Shown here: positions 63,501 to 64,000 of the stretch, piece by piece
How the letters are laid out: the number at the start of each line of letters is the position of its first letter
How positions within the stretch are numbered: the stretch's first letter is position 1
DNA from: Prasinococcaceae sp. CCMP 1430
Lineage: Eukaryota; Plantae; Prasinodermophyta
DNA length: 64,000 nt
Direction of reading: 5' to 3'
Assembly: GCA_013416795.1 (NCBI GenBank)
Contig: RQSC01000014.1
Span: 112,302 to 176,301 of the forward strand
The notes under the pieces: generated by a model
Database searches by the model: none
What the model saw: only the letters and a program-made list of their open reading frames with translations
Told to the model about the DNA's origin: nothing
Program-made: the position numbers and the translations under genes

Positions 63501-64000
63501 TCGAGGCCGAGGAGACGAAGCTTCCTGGCGCCCTTGTGGAGCTGCTACGCACTTGCTATGGTGGCCCGTGGGCACCAGGCGCATCTGCGTTCTCACAGTG
63601 GGTGCTTCCCGCGGCGCCCGCGACCGCCGTCGAGGCTGGCTCCGCCGTCCGCAAAGCAAACGCGGAGAGCGAGCTGACGGCTGCTATTGAAGCCGTGCGG
63701 CACTCAGCGCGCGTCTCTCGACAGGAACGCGCGGAGCTAGAAGTCGCATTGGCGGCGGCACTGCGGACTGCGGATGAAGCAGCCGACACGGCACGCACTG
63801 AGAACTCCAAGCGCGCACAACTGGAGGACCGCCACGTGCTACTCGAGAGTCGCCTGGCCGAGGTCGAAGCGAGCGCGCGGGCAGCATTGCCCGCCGCTGA
63901 GGCAGAGCGCCTCATGACCAATGTGCATCGCGAGCGCGAAGCTGCCGATGCATCGGAGCGCGAGCGCGCGGCGGCGCTTGCAGAAGTTGATGCGCAGCTC
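60539..64000 (+). CDS. Very long coiled-coil protein, runs off window end; exon 1 60539-60601, exon 2 from 60890
   Basis: Open frame of >1000 codons of Ala/Glu/Arg heptad-like sequence after a CAG acceptor at 60889; not listed in the ORF track because there is no stop in the window. Confidence 0.75.

Overview
This is a very GC-rich, gene-dense eukaryotic nuclear window from a green alga. Evidence: an LHCI gene, plastid-targeted threonine synthase, DapL, SCY2 and MurD, short GT-AG introns with GTGCGC/GTGAGT donors, and a TGTAA poly(A)-type signal. A prasinophyte-grade lineage is an inference. About 30 protein-coding genes are mostly arranged head-to-head across short intergenic spacers, and most are housekeeping: RPL31, an ABCB half-transporter, threonine synthase, GMP synthase, POP4, importin-11, VPS60, DnaJ, DHHC, Lhca2-type LHC, V-ATPase G, golgin GC5/TMF, TLDc, DapL, SCY2, GT64, a CNBD K+ channel, PRP31, TSR1, RabGGT-alpha, HPPK-DHPS and a GNAT. 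The strongest candidate for an undescribed system is an intronless NLR-like STAND gene (42686-46219). It has a putative MLKL-like four-helix N-terminus, a complete NB-ARC domain, and about 11 near-identical 126-bp TPR units with hypervariable codons and 3-unit higher-order periodicity, which suggests a diversifying immune or cell-death receptor. Other oddities: a plastid peptidoglycan ligase MurD and a bacterial-TSP3-repeat gene sit head-to-head across a perfect 54-bp palindrome with no proximal ATG; an intron-containing ATC-hydrolase-like gene; and an in-frame TSR1(deltaC)-RabGGTA(deltaN)-WPP-like chimera that may be an assembly artefact. The assembly has three N gaps and several single Ns near 5' ends, so some start codons are uncertain. 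All family calls come from motif recognition by eye; no database searches were run.
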